A stretch of DNA of 64,000 nt from the NCBI GenBank assembly GCA_963708025.1, contig CAVPSB010000016.1, positions 160,001 through 224,000 on the forward strand. The letters run 5' to 3'. This document shows, one piece after another, positions 31,614 to 42,339 of this stretch. The DNA comes from an uncultured Candidatus Rokubacteria bacterium. Lineage in GTDB: Bacteria > Methylomirabilota > Methylomirabilia > Rokubacteriales > DASRDR01. The notes beneath the pieces were generated by a model, which searched no databases, was not told the DNA's origin, and worked only from the letters and a program-made list of their open reading frames with translations. Made by a program: the position numbers and the translations under genes. Positions within the stretch are counted from its first letter, which is position 1. Each line of letters opens with the position of its first letter.

Positions 31614-34129
31614 ACGCCTTCCCGCTGCGCATGGCGTGGCGCGAGACCCGCGCCGCCTGGCGGCACGTCGCCGTCCTGGTCGCGTGCATCGGCGTCGGCG
31701 TGGCCGCGCTGGTCGCGGTCGGCAGCTTCGCCGCCAGCCTCGACCGCACGCTCGGCCGCGAGGCGCGGGCGCTGCTGGGAGGCGACCTCGAGCTGCGCTC
31801 TGCCCGCCCGCTGGACGCCGAGGCCGAGGCGCTGCTGGAGCCGTGGCGCGGGCGGGGCGCCATGGTCAGCCACGTGCGCGAGCTGGCCGGCATGGCGCGC
31901 GACCCCGGGCGCGGGACCACGCTCCTGGTGGAGCTGAAGGCCGTCGAGGCCGTCTATCCCCTGTACGGCCGGCTCGAGACGGTGCCGGCGCGGCCCCTGG
32001 CGGAGCTCCTCGGCGAGGACGGCGCCGTCGTCCAGGAGGCGCTCCTGGCCCGGCTCGGGCTTCGCGTGGGCGACCCGCTGCAGATCGGAACCGGTCGGTT
32101 CCGGATCACGGGGGTGCTGACGAGGGAGCCGGACCGGGCGGCGACGCTCTTCACCCTGGGCCCCCGTGTCCTCATCGGGTCCCCCGCGCTCGAGCGGACC
32201 GGGCTCATCCAGCTCGGCAGCCGCGTGCGCTACCGGACCCTGCTGCGGCTCCCGGCGGCCCTCGACGCCCGCGCGGTGCGCGTGGCGCTCATCCGGGCGC
32301 TCCCCGACCCGGCGATCCGGATCACCACGTTCGACGAGGCGCAGCCCGGGCTCCGCCGCTTCTTCTCCCAGCTCACGACCTACCTCGGGCTGGTCGGCCT
32401 CGTGAGCCTGCTCGTCGGCGGCATCGGTGTCGCGGCCAGCGTCCGGAGCTTCGTCGAGCGGAAGCGCTTCACGATCGCCATCCTGAAGACCCTCGGGGCC
32501 GACTCGCGCCGGCTCACCCTGACCTATCTGACCCAGGCGCTCGCGCTCGGCGGCCTGGGCAGCCTCGCCGGTGCCGCGGTCGGGCTCGGCGTGCAGACGC
32601 TGCTGGTCCCGATGCTGGCCGGCTTCTTCCCCTTCGAGCTGTCGCTCGGCGTCGAGCCGTGGGCGACCGCCCGGGGCCTGGCCATGGGCCTCGGCGCGAC
32701 GGGCCTCTGCGTGCTGTGGCCGCTGCGCCGGATCCGCGCGATCCCGCCGAACCTGATCCTCCGCGCCCCCGTCGATCCCACGCCCGTCCGGGGGCCCCGG
32801 CCGTGGCTCGCCGCGCTCCCCATCGCCGCCGGCCTGGTGGGCCTCGCGGTCTGGCAGGCGGGCAGCCCGAAGGTCGCCGCGATCTTCGTGGTGGCCGCCG
32901 TGGCGGCGCTCGGGCTGCTGGCCGGCCTCGCCCGTGGCGTGATGGTGCTCGCCCGCCGGCTGCCCCGGCTCCCGTCCCTGGCCTGGCGCCACGGGCTCGC
33001 GAGCCTCCATCGCCCCGGCGGGCAGACCGCCGGGATCGTCGTCTCGCTCGGCGTCGGCGTGATGCTCGTCGTCGCCGTGGCCCTCCTCGAGCGGGCCCTG
33101 AGCGCCCAGATCGACGTGGAGCGGCGGCGCGAGACGCCCACCTTCTTCTTCGTGGACATCCAGCCGGATCAGGCCGACGTCTTCGCCCGGATCGTCCGCG
33201 AGGCCACCGGCGGCGGGCCGGCTCCGGAGCTGACGCCGATCGTCCGCTCCCGCCTGGCCGCGATCAACGGCCAGCCCGTCCGGCGCGAGCGGTCCGAGGG
33301 GCGCGAGGACGCCTGGCGCTACACGCGCGAGTACGTGCTGACCTTCGCCGCCGAGCCGCCCCCGGCCAACGTGGTCACGAAGGGCCGCTGGTGGACGGCG
33401 GCCGAGGCCGCCGCGCGGCCCCGGGTCTCCGTGGAAGACGAGGCGGCCCGGAGCTTCGGCGTCAACGTCGGCGGGACGCTGACCTTCGACATCCAGGGCG
33501 TCCGCGTCGAGGCGGAGGTGATGAGCCTCCGCAAGGTCGACTGGCAGAGCCTCTCGACCAATTTCTTCGTGATCTTCTCGCCCGGCGCCCTCGATGGGGC
33601 ACCGCTGACCTACGTCGCGACCGCCCGGGTGCCACCCGCGGCCGAGACCGCCGTGCAGGACGCCGTCGTCCGCGCCCTCCCCAACGTCACCGCGATCCCC
33701 GTGCGGGACGTGCTGGAGCGCATCGGGCGCGTGATGGAACAGGTCGGGGTCGCGGTCCGAGCCGTCGCCGCGTTCGTGATCGGGGCCGGCCTGGTCGTGA
33801 TGGCGAGCGCGCTGGCCACCAGCCGCTACCAGCGGCTCTACGAGTCGGCGCTCTTGCGGACGCTCGGCGCCACCCGCGTCCTCGTCGCCCGCACCTTCGC
33901 GGTGGAGTACGCCTGCCTCGGCGCCGTCGCCGGCCTCGGGGGCAGCGCGCTGGCGGTGCTCTTGGCGTGGATCGTGCTCCGGTGGGTGCTCGACGTGCCG
34001 TGGACCTTCGAGCCGGGCCCCCTCGCCCTCGGCGTCACGCTGCCGGTGCTGCTCGCCCTCGCCGTCGGCTTCCTGGGCACCTTCCGCCTGCTCGGCCAGC
34101 GGCCGCTCCCGCTCCTCCGGCGGGAGTAG
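31610..34129 (+). CDS. ybbP: FtsX-like ABC permease (YbbP-like)
   Basis: LLGGDL, YPLYG, FFFVDIQPDQ, NFFVIFSPG. Confidence 0.9.
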   Translation: MNAFPLRMAWRETRAAWRHVAVLVACIGVGVAALVAVGSFAASLDRTLGREARALLGGDLELRSARPLDAEAEALLEPWRGRGAMVSHVRELAGMARDPGRGTTLLVELKAVEAVYPLYGRLETVPARPLAELLGEDGAVVQEALLARLGLRVGDPLQIGTGRFRITGVLTREPDRAATLFTLGPRVLIGSPALERTGLIQLGSRVRYRTLLRLPAALDARAVRVALIRALPDPAIRITTFDEAQPGLRRFFSQLTTYLGLVGLVSLLVGGIGVAASVRSFVERKRFTIAILKTLGADSRRLTLTYLTQALALGGLGSLAGAAVGLGVQTLLVPMLAGFFPFELSLGVEPWATARGLAMGLGATGLCVLWPLRRIRAIPPNLILRAPVDPTPVRGPRPWLAALPIAAGLVGLAVWQAGSPKVAAIFVVAAVAALGLLAGLARGVMVLARRLPRLPSLAWRHGLASLHRPGGQTAGIVVSLGVGVMLVVAVALLERALSAQIDVERRRETPTFFFVDIQPDQADVFARIVREATGGGPAPELTPIVRSRLAAINGQPVRRERSEGREDAWRYTREYVLTFAAEPPPANVVTKGRWWTAAEAAARPRVSVEDEAARSFGVNVGGTLTFDIQGVRVEAEVMSLRKVDWQSLSTNFFVIFSPGALDGAPLTYVATARVPPAAETAVQDAVVRALPNVTAIPVRDVLERIGRVMEQVGVAVRAVAAFVIGAGLVVMASALATSRYQRLYESALLRTLGATRVLVARTFAVEYACLGAVAGLGGSALAVLLAWIVLRWVLDVPWTFEPGPLALGVTLPVLLALAVGFLGTFRLLGQRPLPLLRRE

Positions 34130-34232
34130 CCGCCTTCGACCGCGCCGCGTCCAGGTTCCTGGCCGAGGTGATACCCGCGCGATCGCTGGATCGGCGGCGC
34201 CGGTCGGCGCGCGTCGGTCGGCCCGCCCGCGA

Positions 34233-34260
34233 TTGACAACCCGCCTGCCGTTGCTAGAGT
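34233..34260 (+). promoter_or_regulatory. Putative sigma70 promoter
   Basis: TTGACA-N16-TAGAGT with an extended -10 TG. Confidence 0.55.
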
Positions 34261-34312
34261 GAGGCCGATCGCCGGTCGGTTCCCGGCCGGGCGCCGCGGA
34301 GGGAGGCCAGCG

Positions 34313-35023
34313 ATGCGCTCCTCTTCCCCCATCGTCACCGCGGCGCTTCCTCGTCCACGCCGCCCCGTCACCGGCCCGGCAGCAGGAACCGGCCGGACCC
34401 CGTCCCCGGCGAGCCGGGGTCTCGCCGCCCTCCTCGTGCTGACCCTCGCGGTCGGGCTCGCCGGCTGCGCGACGAAGACCCAGACCGGCGCGCTGGTCGG
34501 CGGTGCCGCGGGCGCCGGGGTGGGGGCCCTCGTCGGGGCGCTCATCGGGGGCCCCCGCGGAGCCGCCATCGGGGCCGGAGCCGGGGCACTCGTCGGGGCC
34601 GGGGCCGGCGCGCTCGTCGGGCGGTACCTCGACCGGCGGGTCGGGGACCGCGCCACGGCGGCGCGTCAGGTCGGGTACGTTCCCATGAGCGGCAACCTGG
34701 TCGAGGTCCAGAAGTCGGAAGTCGAGCCGCTCCCCGCCAGGCCCGGTCAGAGCGTCGTGCTCCGGGTGGAGTACAGCGTCCTCGCCCCGAACCCGGACCA
34801 GCGCGTGGACCTGAAGGAGTGGCGGGCGATCCGGAAGTCCGGGGAGACGGTCATGGGGCCGGTCGAGCGTGACGCGCGGCGAGAGCAGGGCGTCTTCACG
34901 TCGGCCTACCAGTTCCAGGTCCCGAGCAACATGGCGCCGGGGGAGTACACGGTGCTCACGGTTCTCGAGACCGGCGACGGCCAGAAGCGAGCGGCGAGCG
35001 AGGCCCGACTGGTCGTGCAGTGA
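34313..35023 (+). CDS. Glycine-zipper lipoprotein
   Basis: Lipobox LAGC followed by GALVGGAAGAGVGALVG repeats. Confidence 0.8.
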   Translation: MRSSSPIVTAALPRPRRPVTGPAAGTGRTPSPASRGLAALLVLTLAVGLAGCATKTQTGALVGGAAGAGVGALVGALIGGPRGAAIGAGAGALVGAGAGALVGRYLDRRVGDRATAARQVGYVPMSGNLVEVQKSEVEPLPARPGQSVVLRVEYSVLAPNPDQRVDLKEWRAIRKSGETVMGPVERDARREQGVFTSAYQFQVPSNMAPGEYTVLTVLETGDGQKRAASEARLVVQ

Positions 35024-35053
35024 GGCCGCTCGGCGCCGCGCGGCGCCCGGGAC

Positions 35054-35461
35054 CTACGGAGCCGGCTGGCTCTCCACGCGTTCGCTCCACCGGAAGACGA
35101 CGGGCCGCTCGGTCCGCTCGATCCGCGCCACGGCGGTCGGGTAGCTGAGCACCTGGGTGACCGGGGAGCCCGGCCGCGGGCTGCTGAGCGTCACCGTGGC
35201 GACGATGCCGTCGTTCGTGAGGGCCACCTCCGTGAAGCGGAGGCGATATCCTCCGCTCCTGCGCTCGCCCGCGGACGCCACCAGGTAGGTCGAGGCGCCG
35301 TCGTGCACGACGCCCGTCGCCGCGCCCGAACGGTTGGCCCGGAGCCAGTCCACGACGGCGGGCGGCCGCTCCTCGACGGACGGCTCGCTGAAGGCGATCG
35401 GGGTCGATGCGGTGGCCACGAGAATCACGGCCGCGCCCAGGCGGCCCGCCGCCGTCAGCAC
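35054..35461 (-). CDS. Secreted PrcB C-terminal-like protein
   Basis: Signal peptide; GERRSGGY...PGSPVTQVLSYP. Confidence 0.7.
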   Translation of the reverse strand: MLTAAGRLGAAVILVATASTPIAFSEPSVEERPPAVVDWLRANRSGAATGVVHDGASTYLVASAGERRSGGYRLRFTEVALTNDGIVATVTLSSPRPGSPVTQVLSYPTAVARIERTERPVVFRWSERVESQPAP

Positions 35462-35519
35462 GACACCCGGGTCGGCATCGACGCTTCGTCACCAGGCCGT
35501 CGCCTCGAGCGAGGCATCG

Positions 35520-36498
35520 TCAGCTTCGGGTCGGGCCGGCGGCGAGGTCCGCCGCTCGCGGCGCCTCGAGGTTGACCACCGGGTAGCCGCGGTCGCGCCA
35601 GCCCTGGAAGCCGCCGGCCAGCGGGCGGACGCGCTCGATGCCCCGCCGTCGCAAGATCAGCGCCACCCGGGCGCTGGAGGCCTCGTTGGGTCAGGTGCAG
35701 TAGAGCACGATCTCCCGGTCGCGCGGGATCTCGGAGGTGACGCGCCTCCAGCTCCTCCGTCGTCAGGTGGAGCGCGCCGGGAATGATCGACGGCTCGCTC
35801 TCGAAGTCCACCGGGTGGCGGACGTCGACGACGACCAGGTCCTCGCCGGCATCGAGCCGGGTCTTCAGGTCCTCCGGCGTGATCCGCGCGATGCGGATCC
35901 GGCGCAGGAAGCGCTGGCGCGCGACGTACTTCCAGGCGATGTAGCCGACGAGGGCCGCCGCCAGCAACGCCACCAGCCCGGTGCCCAGGCGCGAAACGTA
36001 GGCCGCGACCCGCTCGAGCTGATCGCTGAACACGTAGCCGAGCCCGACGAAGACCCCGACCCAGATCAGCCCGCCGAGGCAGGTGAACGCCACGAAGCGC
36101 AGGCAGGGCATCCGGACGATCCCCGCCAGCGGGGGCGCGGCGGTGCTCAGGCCCGGCACGAACTTGGCCACCAGGAGCGTGCGCGCCCCCTGCCCGCTGA
36201 AGGCCTCCTGCGTCCGCCGCACGCAGGAGTCGGGCTCGAGCGAGATCCGGCACAGCAGGCTCAAGACGCTGGCGCCCCGGATGCGGCCGATCCAGTACCA
36301 GACCACGTCGCTGGCCACCGAGGCGACCAGGGCCAGCGCCACGACCAGCCCCAGGCTCAGCCGGCCGCTGCCGGCCAGGGCGCCGGCCGCGAGCAGGACC
36401 GGCACCGCGGGGATCGGGAGCCCGAGCTGCTCAGCCAGGACCCAGCCGAAGACGACCGCGTAGCCGTGGCGGACCAGGAAGTCGAGGGAGTCACCCAT
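35520..36498 (-). CDS. DedA/VTT-rhodanese fusion, probable selenoprotein (CxU), with a +1 frameshift near 35733
   Basis: EQLGLPIPAVP, LLVAKFVPG, VDVR...IPGA; after correcting the frame EIPRDREIVLYCT*PNEASSARVA...PLAGGFQGW; TGA at 35691-35693. Confidence 0.8.
35658..35676 (-). promoter_or_regulatory. Putative SECIS hairpin
   Basis: CAGCGCC-CGGGU-GGCGCUG starting 14 nt after the UGA. Confidence 0.6.
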
Positions 36499-36506
36499 CG
36501 CCTCTT

Positions 36507-36617
36507 TTCGGGACCTCCCGCCCACCCGATCCTTCGACGGCCTTCGGCCTTTGGCCCCCCTCCCCCACCCACCGGGGGGAGGGGGGAGTCGGACGCCCCC
36601 GATTGCTTCACAAAGTC
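36507..36617 (-). repeat. Family 1 repeat
   Basis: Same core with the GGCCGAAGGCC insert. Confidence 0.9.
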
Positions 36618-36701
36618 GCTCAGTCATTCGATGCGCCCCCGGCGTCAACCGGTGCGCCGCTCGCCATCCGGCGAGTCTCGCCCCCCCGGTCGGAGCGGAG
36701 T

Positions 36702-37250
36702 ATGATGAGCGGCGTGATCGCCGTCCACGTCGTCGCCACGGGCGCCCCGGACTACTTCACCCGTCGCGAAGCCCATCGCCAGGCCCACATCGAGCGACTC
36801 GTCGAGCTGCGCGGGCGCGGCGCCCTCGTCGGCGGGGGCCCGGCGCCCGACGGTCGAACCGCCGAGATCTTCTACCGCCTGAGGCGCCCGGCCGAGCTGG
36901 CGCCCGTGGTCGAGGAGGACCCCTACTACCGGGGCGGGGTGTGGACCGCATACGCCTCGCGGAGCTTCTCCCAGTTCGTCGAGCCGTGGGAGGTGCCGCC
37001 GGTCGTCCTCGACGGCTCGCGGCGCGCCACCGTCGTCGAGGGCCCGACCACGGACCCCGACATGGCCCAGCTCGCGCTGGTCGAGCTGCGGGGCGGCGGT
37101 CGCCTGCTCTTCGGCGGCCTCCTCGACGGTCCGCTGACGCTCGCGGTCATGCGCTCGGCCGATGCGGCCGAGGCGACGGGCTGGCTGGCCGAGACCGGCT
37201 TCTGGGCGTCCGACCGCCTGGCGGCCCGACCCTGGCTCTACGTGCTCTGA
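36702..37250 (+). CDS. YciI-like tandem domain protein
   Basis: RREAHRQAHIERL...GGGP...EEDPYYRGGVW. Confidence 0.7.
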   Translation: MMSGVIAVHVVATGAPDYFTRREAHRQAHIERLVELRGRGALVGGGPAPDGRTAEIFYRLRRPAELAPVVEEDPYYRGGVWTAYASRSFSQFVEPWEVPPVVLDGSRRATVVEGPTTDPDMAQLALVELRGGGRLLFGGLLDGPLTLAVMRSADAAEATGWLAETGFWASDRLAARPWLYVL

Positions 37251-37260
37251 GCCGGAGCGC

Positions 37261-38187
37261 ATGACTCCGATCGAGCGGGTGCGGGCGGCGCTCCAGGGCC
37301 GGCCCGTGGACCGCCCGCCGTTCAGCATCTGGTACCACTTCGGCCTCCAGCACGCCCCGGCCGAGCGGGTGGCCCAGGCCCACCTCGAGTTCTTCGACGC
37401 CTACCACCTCGACTGGCTGAAGGTGATGAACGACTACTCCTACCCGATGCCGGACGGGCTGGAGACGCTGAGCGATCCGCGCGACCTCGCGCGGCTCCGG
37501 CCGCTCGAGGTCACCCGCGGCTCGATCGGCGAGCAGCTCCGGGTGGTGCAGATCCTGACCCCGGCCCTCCGGGGTCGGGGACTCTTCGTCAACACCGTCT
37601 TCAACGCCTGGAACACGCTCAAGCGCAACGTCGTGAAGGACGCGATGGAGCCGCTGATGCGCGACCACCCCCGGGAGCTGGAGGCCGCCCTCGGCGTGGT
37701 CAACGACACCCTGACCCGCTACGCGCTGGCGAGCCTCGAGCGCGGCGCGGCCGGCATCTTCCTCTCGGCGCCGGCCACCGCGGAGTCGCTGACCCCGGAG
37801 CAGTACGAGCGCTTCATGCGGCCGTTCGACCTGGCCCTGCTGGAGGCGATCCGCGACCGCGGCGAGTGCCACGTCCTGCACGCCCACGGGTCGCAGCTCT
37901 ACTTCGACCGGCTGCTCGACTATCCGGTTCACGCCATCTCCTGGGCCGACCGGGCCGGCGGGCCCACGCTCGCCGAGGCGCGCCGGCGAACCTCGCGCGT
38001 GCTGGTGGGCGGCATCGACCACACGACCTTCCCGTACGTGTCGGCCGCCGCCATCCGGGCCCAGGTGGGGAGCGCCGCCGCCGAGGCCGGACGCGACCGG
38101 CTCCTGCTCGCCCCGGGCTGCGCCGTTCCCACCTACAGCTTCCCCGAGCTGATCCGCGCCGCTCGCGACGCCGCGACCCGGGCGTAG
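37261..38187 (+). CDS. Uroporphyrinogen decarboxylase-family protein
   Basis: VDRPPFSIWYHF, VLHAHG, LLLAPGCAV. Confidence 0.85.
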   Translation: MTPIERVRAALQGRPVDRPPFSIWYHFGLQHAPAERVAQAHLEFFDAYHLDWLKVMNDYSYPMPDGLETLSDPRDLARLRPLEVTRGSIGEQLRVVQILTPALRGRGLFVNTVFNAWNTLKRNVVKDAMEPLMRDHPRELEAALGVVNDTLTRYALASLERGAAGIFLSAPATAESLTPEQYERFMRPFDLALLEAIRDRGECHVLHAHGSQLYFDRLLDYPVHAISWADRAGGPTLAEARRRTSRVLVGGIDHTTFPYVSAAAIRAQVGSAAAEAGRDRLLLAPGCAVPTYSFPELIRAARDAATRA

Positions 38188-38210
38188 CCCCCGGATTCCC
38201 GGGCCCCACC

Positions 38211-39104
38211 GTGGCCGAGCTGGCCGGGCCGACGTTCGGCGCCACGTGCGCGCTCCTGTCGGCGTTGATCTGGACCCTCATCGGGGTCATGGCCCGCGCG
38301 CTCGGTCCGTACTTCAACGCGCTGTCGATCAACATGCTGCGCTCGGCGATCGGCGGCCTCCTGCTCACCCTGGTCGCGCTGGCAGGAGGCGGGCTCGGGT
38401 CGCTGCGGGACGTCTCGGCCCCGGCGTGGATCTACCTGGGGATCTCGCTCCTGACCGCCTTCGCGATCGGGGACACCGCCTTCTTCGAGAGCACGAAGAG
38501 CCTCGGCCTCGCCCGGGCGATGACCATCTCGATGATCAATCCGCTGATCGCGAGCGGGCTGGCCATCTGGCTGACCGGCGAGCGGATCACGCCCACGGTG
38601 GCGGCGGGGGCCGTCGTCACGCTGGCGGGGCTCGCCCTCATCGTGAGCGAGCGCGCCCCGGCCACGCCCGAGGCCGAGGACCGGCCCGGACGCGGGCTCG
38701 GCCTCGCGCTCCTCGCCGCCACCGCCTGGGGCGTGAGCCCGGTGCTGATGAAGCCGGCGATCATGGACGTCGATCCGGTGAGCGTGCAGGCGGTCCGCCT
38801 GCCCTTCGCGGCGCTGGTCCTCTGGGTCACGCCATGGGCCCGGGGAGCCGGCGGCCGCGTCCGCCGTCATCTCCGGACGGCCGGCCCCCTCCTGCTGGCG
38901 ATCGGTGTGTTCACGGCCCTGAGCGCCGTCACCTGGGTCGCGGGGCTGAAGTATGCCGGCATCACGGTCACCAGCGTCCTCTCGTCCACCTCCCCGCTCT
39001 TCGCCATCCCGATCGGCCTCGTCGTCTTCGGCGAGCGGGTCAGCCGGCGCGCCGTGGCGGGGACGGTGCTCTGCCTCGGCGGCATCGTCCTTCTGAGTCT
39101 CTGA
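38211..39104 (+). CDS. DMT/EamA transporter
   Basis: About 10 TM segments in a duplicated EamA pattern (GERIT / GERVS). Confidence 0.88.
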   Translation: MAELAGPTFGATCALLSALIWTLIGVMARALGPYFNALSINMLRSAIGGLLLTLVALAGGGLGSLRDVSAPAWIYLGISLLTAFAIGDTAFFESTKSLGLARAMTISMINPLIASGLAIWLTGERITPTVAAGAVVTLAGLALIVSERAPATPEAEDRPGRGLGLALLAATAWGVSPVLMKPAIMDVDPVSVQAVRLPFAALVLWVTPWARGAGGRVRRHLRTAGPLLLAIGVFTALSAVTWVAGLKYAGITVTSVLSSTSPLFAIPIGLVVFGERVSRRAVAGTVLCLGGIVLLSL

Positions 39105-39120
39105 GATCGTCGAGCCAGCC

Positions 39121-39558
39121 TCACGGGTCCCGGCGGAAGGCGACGGCCTGGCAGGACGCGACCAGCGTGCCGCGGTCGTCCGTCACGGTCATCGCGTAGA
39201 AGCCGGCGCGGCGACCCTGGCGCTCCGCGCGGGCCTCGCCCGTGAGCCGGGCGCCGGGCTCGGCGGCGGCGAGGAACTGGATGGTGACGCTGAGGGCCAC
39301 CGCCGCCTGTCCCTCGGCATTGCAGGCCCCGCTGAAGACGTAGTCGGCCAGCGAGAAGATGGCGCCCCCGTGGGGCAGACCGTGGAAGTTCACCATCTGC
39401 GGGGTGAGCCGCATGGCCGCCTTGCAGTGGCCGGGAGCCAGCTCCAGCAGCTCGATCCCGAGCCAGGCGGCGTATGGATCGTCGCGGATGCGCGCCTGGA
39501 TCGCCGCGGGGCCCGGCTCACCCGGGTCATCAGCGGCGCGGACGCGGTGAAGGGTCAA
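39121..39558 (-). CDS. PaaI-like hotdog thioesterase
   Basis: DPYAAWLGIEL, NFHGLPHGGAIFSLAD; start uncertain. Confidence 0.88.
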   Translation of the reverse strand: MTLHRVRAADDPGEPGPAAIQARIRDDPYAAWLGIELLELAPGHCKAAMRLTPQMVNFHGLPHGGAIFSLADYVFSGACNAEGQAAVALSVTIQFLAAAEPGARLTGEARAERQGRRAGFYAMTVTDDRGTLVASCQAVAFRRDP

Positions 39559-39905
39559 CGCGATCGGTAGCGAGGGCCGCGCTCCAGGTAGCCGTCGAGG
39601 GCACGCGCGGTATTCTGGCACATCGGTAGAGGAAGCAGAAGCCCGCGATAGATCGCTGTCGGCGGGTTGCAGATCGCGGCAGAACGCGGCACGATCCGCA
39701 ACCCCGGCGCAACCGGCCGCCGGATGCGTAACCGCTCCCGGCCCTTCGGCCGTCGCCAGCGGAGAAGGAGAAGAGAGGCCCCCTGGCCCACGAAGTCCCG
39801 TCTCCGAGCCCTGCAGGCCCGTACACGGGCTGCTACGGCGCTCTCGGCGGGGTGACCTTGCCGGGGCGCCGCCCGGCCGCCCGTGACAGATCCCCTTAGC
39901 CTCGG

Positions 39906-40118
39906 ACGCTCGACCGGATCGCGGAGGTCGGCAGCGTCACGGCGGACTGGCTGCTCCGGGGGGACCGGCCGGTGGCCATCACGCAGGCGCGGGATCCGGC
40001 CTGGGGCGAGGCGGTCGCCTGGCTCCGGCAGGCGTGGCGCGACCCCGGCCGCCGCGAGACCGTCGTCGGTGTGCTCAAGGCACTGGCGACGCCGTCTCGA
40101 TCCGCCGGGCCCCGCTGA
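39906..40118 (+). pseudogene. C-terminal half of an XRE-family regulator
   Basis: TLDRIAEVGSVTADWLLRG...RDPGRRETVVGVLKALA; a diverged copy of the tail lies at 46407-46487. Confidence 0.6.
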
Positions 40119-40528
40119 CGCGCGATCGGGCGGGCCCCTGGCACCCGCCGCGCACTCCACCCAGTCGTCCCGTTCTCATAGTTTCGTCAAGATGAAGGTC
40201 TGCACCCACGGTTCCCCATCCGGCGCGCCCTGGACTGGAGCACGGCCGGGGCCGCCGGGCCCCCTCTCCACCAGCCGGCCATCCGATTCGGTGCGACCCT
40301 CCCTGCTCACCACCCACGGACTGACAGCGCGGCTAACCTGCGAACTATTCGGCTAGGCCCATGTGCGGGTGGCCCGACGGTTGCGCCGTCTGGTGCGACG
40401 AGGCACTCTGACACTCGGTTAGGAGGGGCAGGGACCGTGGACCGGCGAACGCTCGGCGATGTCCTGTGGATCCCCGTTGGATGTGTTGTCCTCGGGCTGC
40501 TCATCAGCCTCTCGGGCGCCTCTCTGTA

Positions 40529-40732
40529 ATGCAGGCCCCCACACGGTCGCCTCTGCTCATTACGATGGCGGACGCCGCCGGGCGACTGGGCGTTCACCTC
40601 ACCACCCTCCGGGCGATGATTCGGCGCGGCGATGTCCCGGCCGTGCGCTTCGGTCGCAGCGTCCGCGTCTTCGTGCCGGCCCTTGCCACGGCGGCACCCC
40701 GGCGTCGCCACCGGAAGCGCCGCTCGGCCTGA
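40529..40732 (+). CDS. Excisionase-like HTH protein
   Basis: LLITMADAAGRLGVHLTTLRAMIRRGDVPAVRFGRSVRV. Confidence 0.8.
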   Translation: MQAPTRSPLLITMADAAGRLGVHLTTLRAMIRRGDVPAVRFGRSVRVFVPALATAAPRRRHRKRRSA

Positions 40733-40875
40733 CGAACCGTCCAGTGGGCGGCCTGCGCGATGTCACGTGATTCTGACGGAGGCCGGATGCTCGATCCCCG
40801 GCCCCCCTTGACGGTCTCTCTCGTACCGGCGTAGGGTTTCCGCACCAACCGTCCGGATCGCTTTCGCTGACCGCG

Positions 40876-41205
40876 ATGAAGAAGCGCCGCGCCCTCGCCA
40901 CGCAGCCTGACGGGCTGGCCCACCGCATCGCCTCCGTGCGGCGCGGGCTCGGGCTGTCCCAAGGGGCCTTCGCCGAGGCGATGGGGGTCTCCCGGAACAC
41001 CGTAGTGACCTACGAACACGGCCAGACTCCGTGCACCGCGGTGCTCGACCGGATCGCGCGGGCGGAGGAGGCGCGGGGGCTGGGGCGGCCGGTGCGCCTG
41101 CGCGTGCTGAAGGTCAACCCGCGGGCGCGGGCATTCTACGAGCGCCTGGGGTTCCGCCGCACCGGGGAGACCGATACCCACGACCTGATGGAATGGGGCG
41201 CATGA
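40876..41205 (+). pseudogene. Chimera of an XRE HTH N-terminus and a GNAT C-terminus
   Basis: LGLSQGAFAEAMGVSRNTVVTYEHG followed by LRVLKVNPRARAFYERLGF. Confidence 0.7.
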
Positions 41206-41220
41206 GAGGAGAAGCGGTCC

Positions 41221-42225
41221 ATGCCGGTCATGTCCGAAGGCGACTATAGCTACAACAAGCTGATCGCCGCGTTTCCCTCGCTGCCGGAGCCGGCCTTCGA
41301 GAGCGCCGAGATGCAGGAGCTCGTCTGGGGGCGCCGCTGGGGCTGCACCAGCGACGTCGGGCGGCTCCGGGCGGTGCTCGTGCACCGCCCCGGCGTCGAG
41401 ATCCAGGTCGTCGACCCGCGCCGGTACATCGAGGAGATCGGCGCCTTCGGCGACTTCGAGAAGGGGTGGTACTGGCGGGGCCCCGAGCCACCCGACCTCC
41501 CCCGGATGCAGGACCAGCACGATGCCCTCGTGAAGGTCCTCCGGGAGGAGGGAGTGGAGGTGATCCACCTCGAGCCTCCGGCGGAGGGCCGGACGAAGTC
41601 CTGTTCGCCGCGGGACGCGGTGATCGCGGTGGAGGGCGGCGCGATCGTCTGCCGGCTGGGCGCCCGCATCCGGCGGGGCGAGGAGCTCCCGGCGACGCGG
41701 ACGCTCGCCCGGGCCGGCATGCCGATCCTCCGGACCGTGCACGGCACGGGCATCCTTGAAGGCGGAAGCTTCGCGTGGCTGAACCGGCGCACGGCGGTCG
41801 TGGGGCTCGGGACCCGCGCCAACGCGGAGGGCGCCCGTCAGGTGGAGGAGGTGCTGCGGACACGGGGCGTCGAGCTGCTGCGGGTCCAGCTTCCCGGCTA
41901 CCGGCAGCACCTGGACGGCGTGTTCGTGATGGTCGACGTGGACGCCGCGCTCGTCAACCCGACGCTGGCGCCCTACGCGCTGCTCGAGAAGCTGGCGGAG
42001 CTGAGGATCCGCACCATCGATCTCCACCCGCAGGACCACCCGTTCACGATCAACTGCCTGGCGGTCCGGCCGAGCCGCGTGATCATGAGCGAGACCTCGC
42101 CGCACACCCTCGATCGCCTGGCGAAGGAGGGCATCGAGGTGCTGAGCCTCGACTTCGACGCCGTCTATCGCGGGGGCGGCGGCATCCACTGCTCTACCGC
42201 GCCATTGATCCGCGACCCGGTGTGA
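41221..42225 (+). CDS. Amidinotransferase/DDAH/arginine deiminase-family protein
   Basis: VLVHRPG, PRD, RRGEE, LEGG, HLD, GGGIHCST. Confidence 0.9.
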   Translation: MPVMSEGDYSYNKLIAAFPSLPEPAFESAEMQELVWGRRWGCTSDVGRLRAVLVHRPGVEIQVVDPRRYIEEIGAFGDFEKGWYWRGPEPPDLPRMQDQHDALVKVLREEGVEVIHLEPPAEGRTKSCSPRDAVIAVEGGAIVCRLGARIRRGEELPATRTLARAGMPILRTVHGTGILEGGSFAWLNRRTAVVGLGTRANAEGARQVEEVLRTRGVELLRVQLPGYRQHLDGVFVMVDVDAALVNPTLAPYALLEKLAELRIRTIDLHPQDHPFTINCLAVRPSRVIMSETSPHTLDRLAKEGIEVLSLDFDAVYRGGGGIHCSTAPLIRDPV

Positions 42226-42339
42226 CGGGGCCCGCCGGGGCCCGCGGTCAGGACTCCTTCGGCTGGAGCGCCGCCCGGACCGCGGCCCGCCCCCGGAGGG
42301 GGCGGCCCGCCTCCCGGGGGCGAGAACGGGCATTATGTT

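Noticed and set aside
39560-39630. tRNA at the att site
   Set aside because: No cloverleaf or TTCGA T-loop is visible on either strand; I recognised no tRNA or rRNA anywhere in the window.
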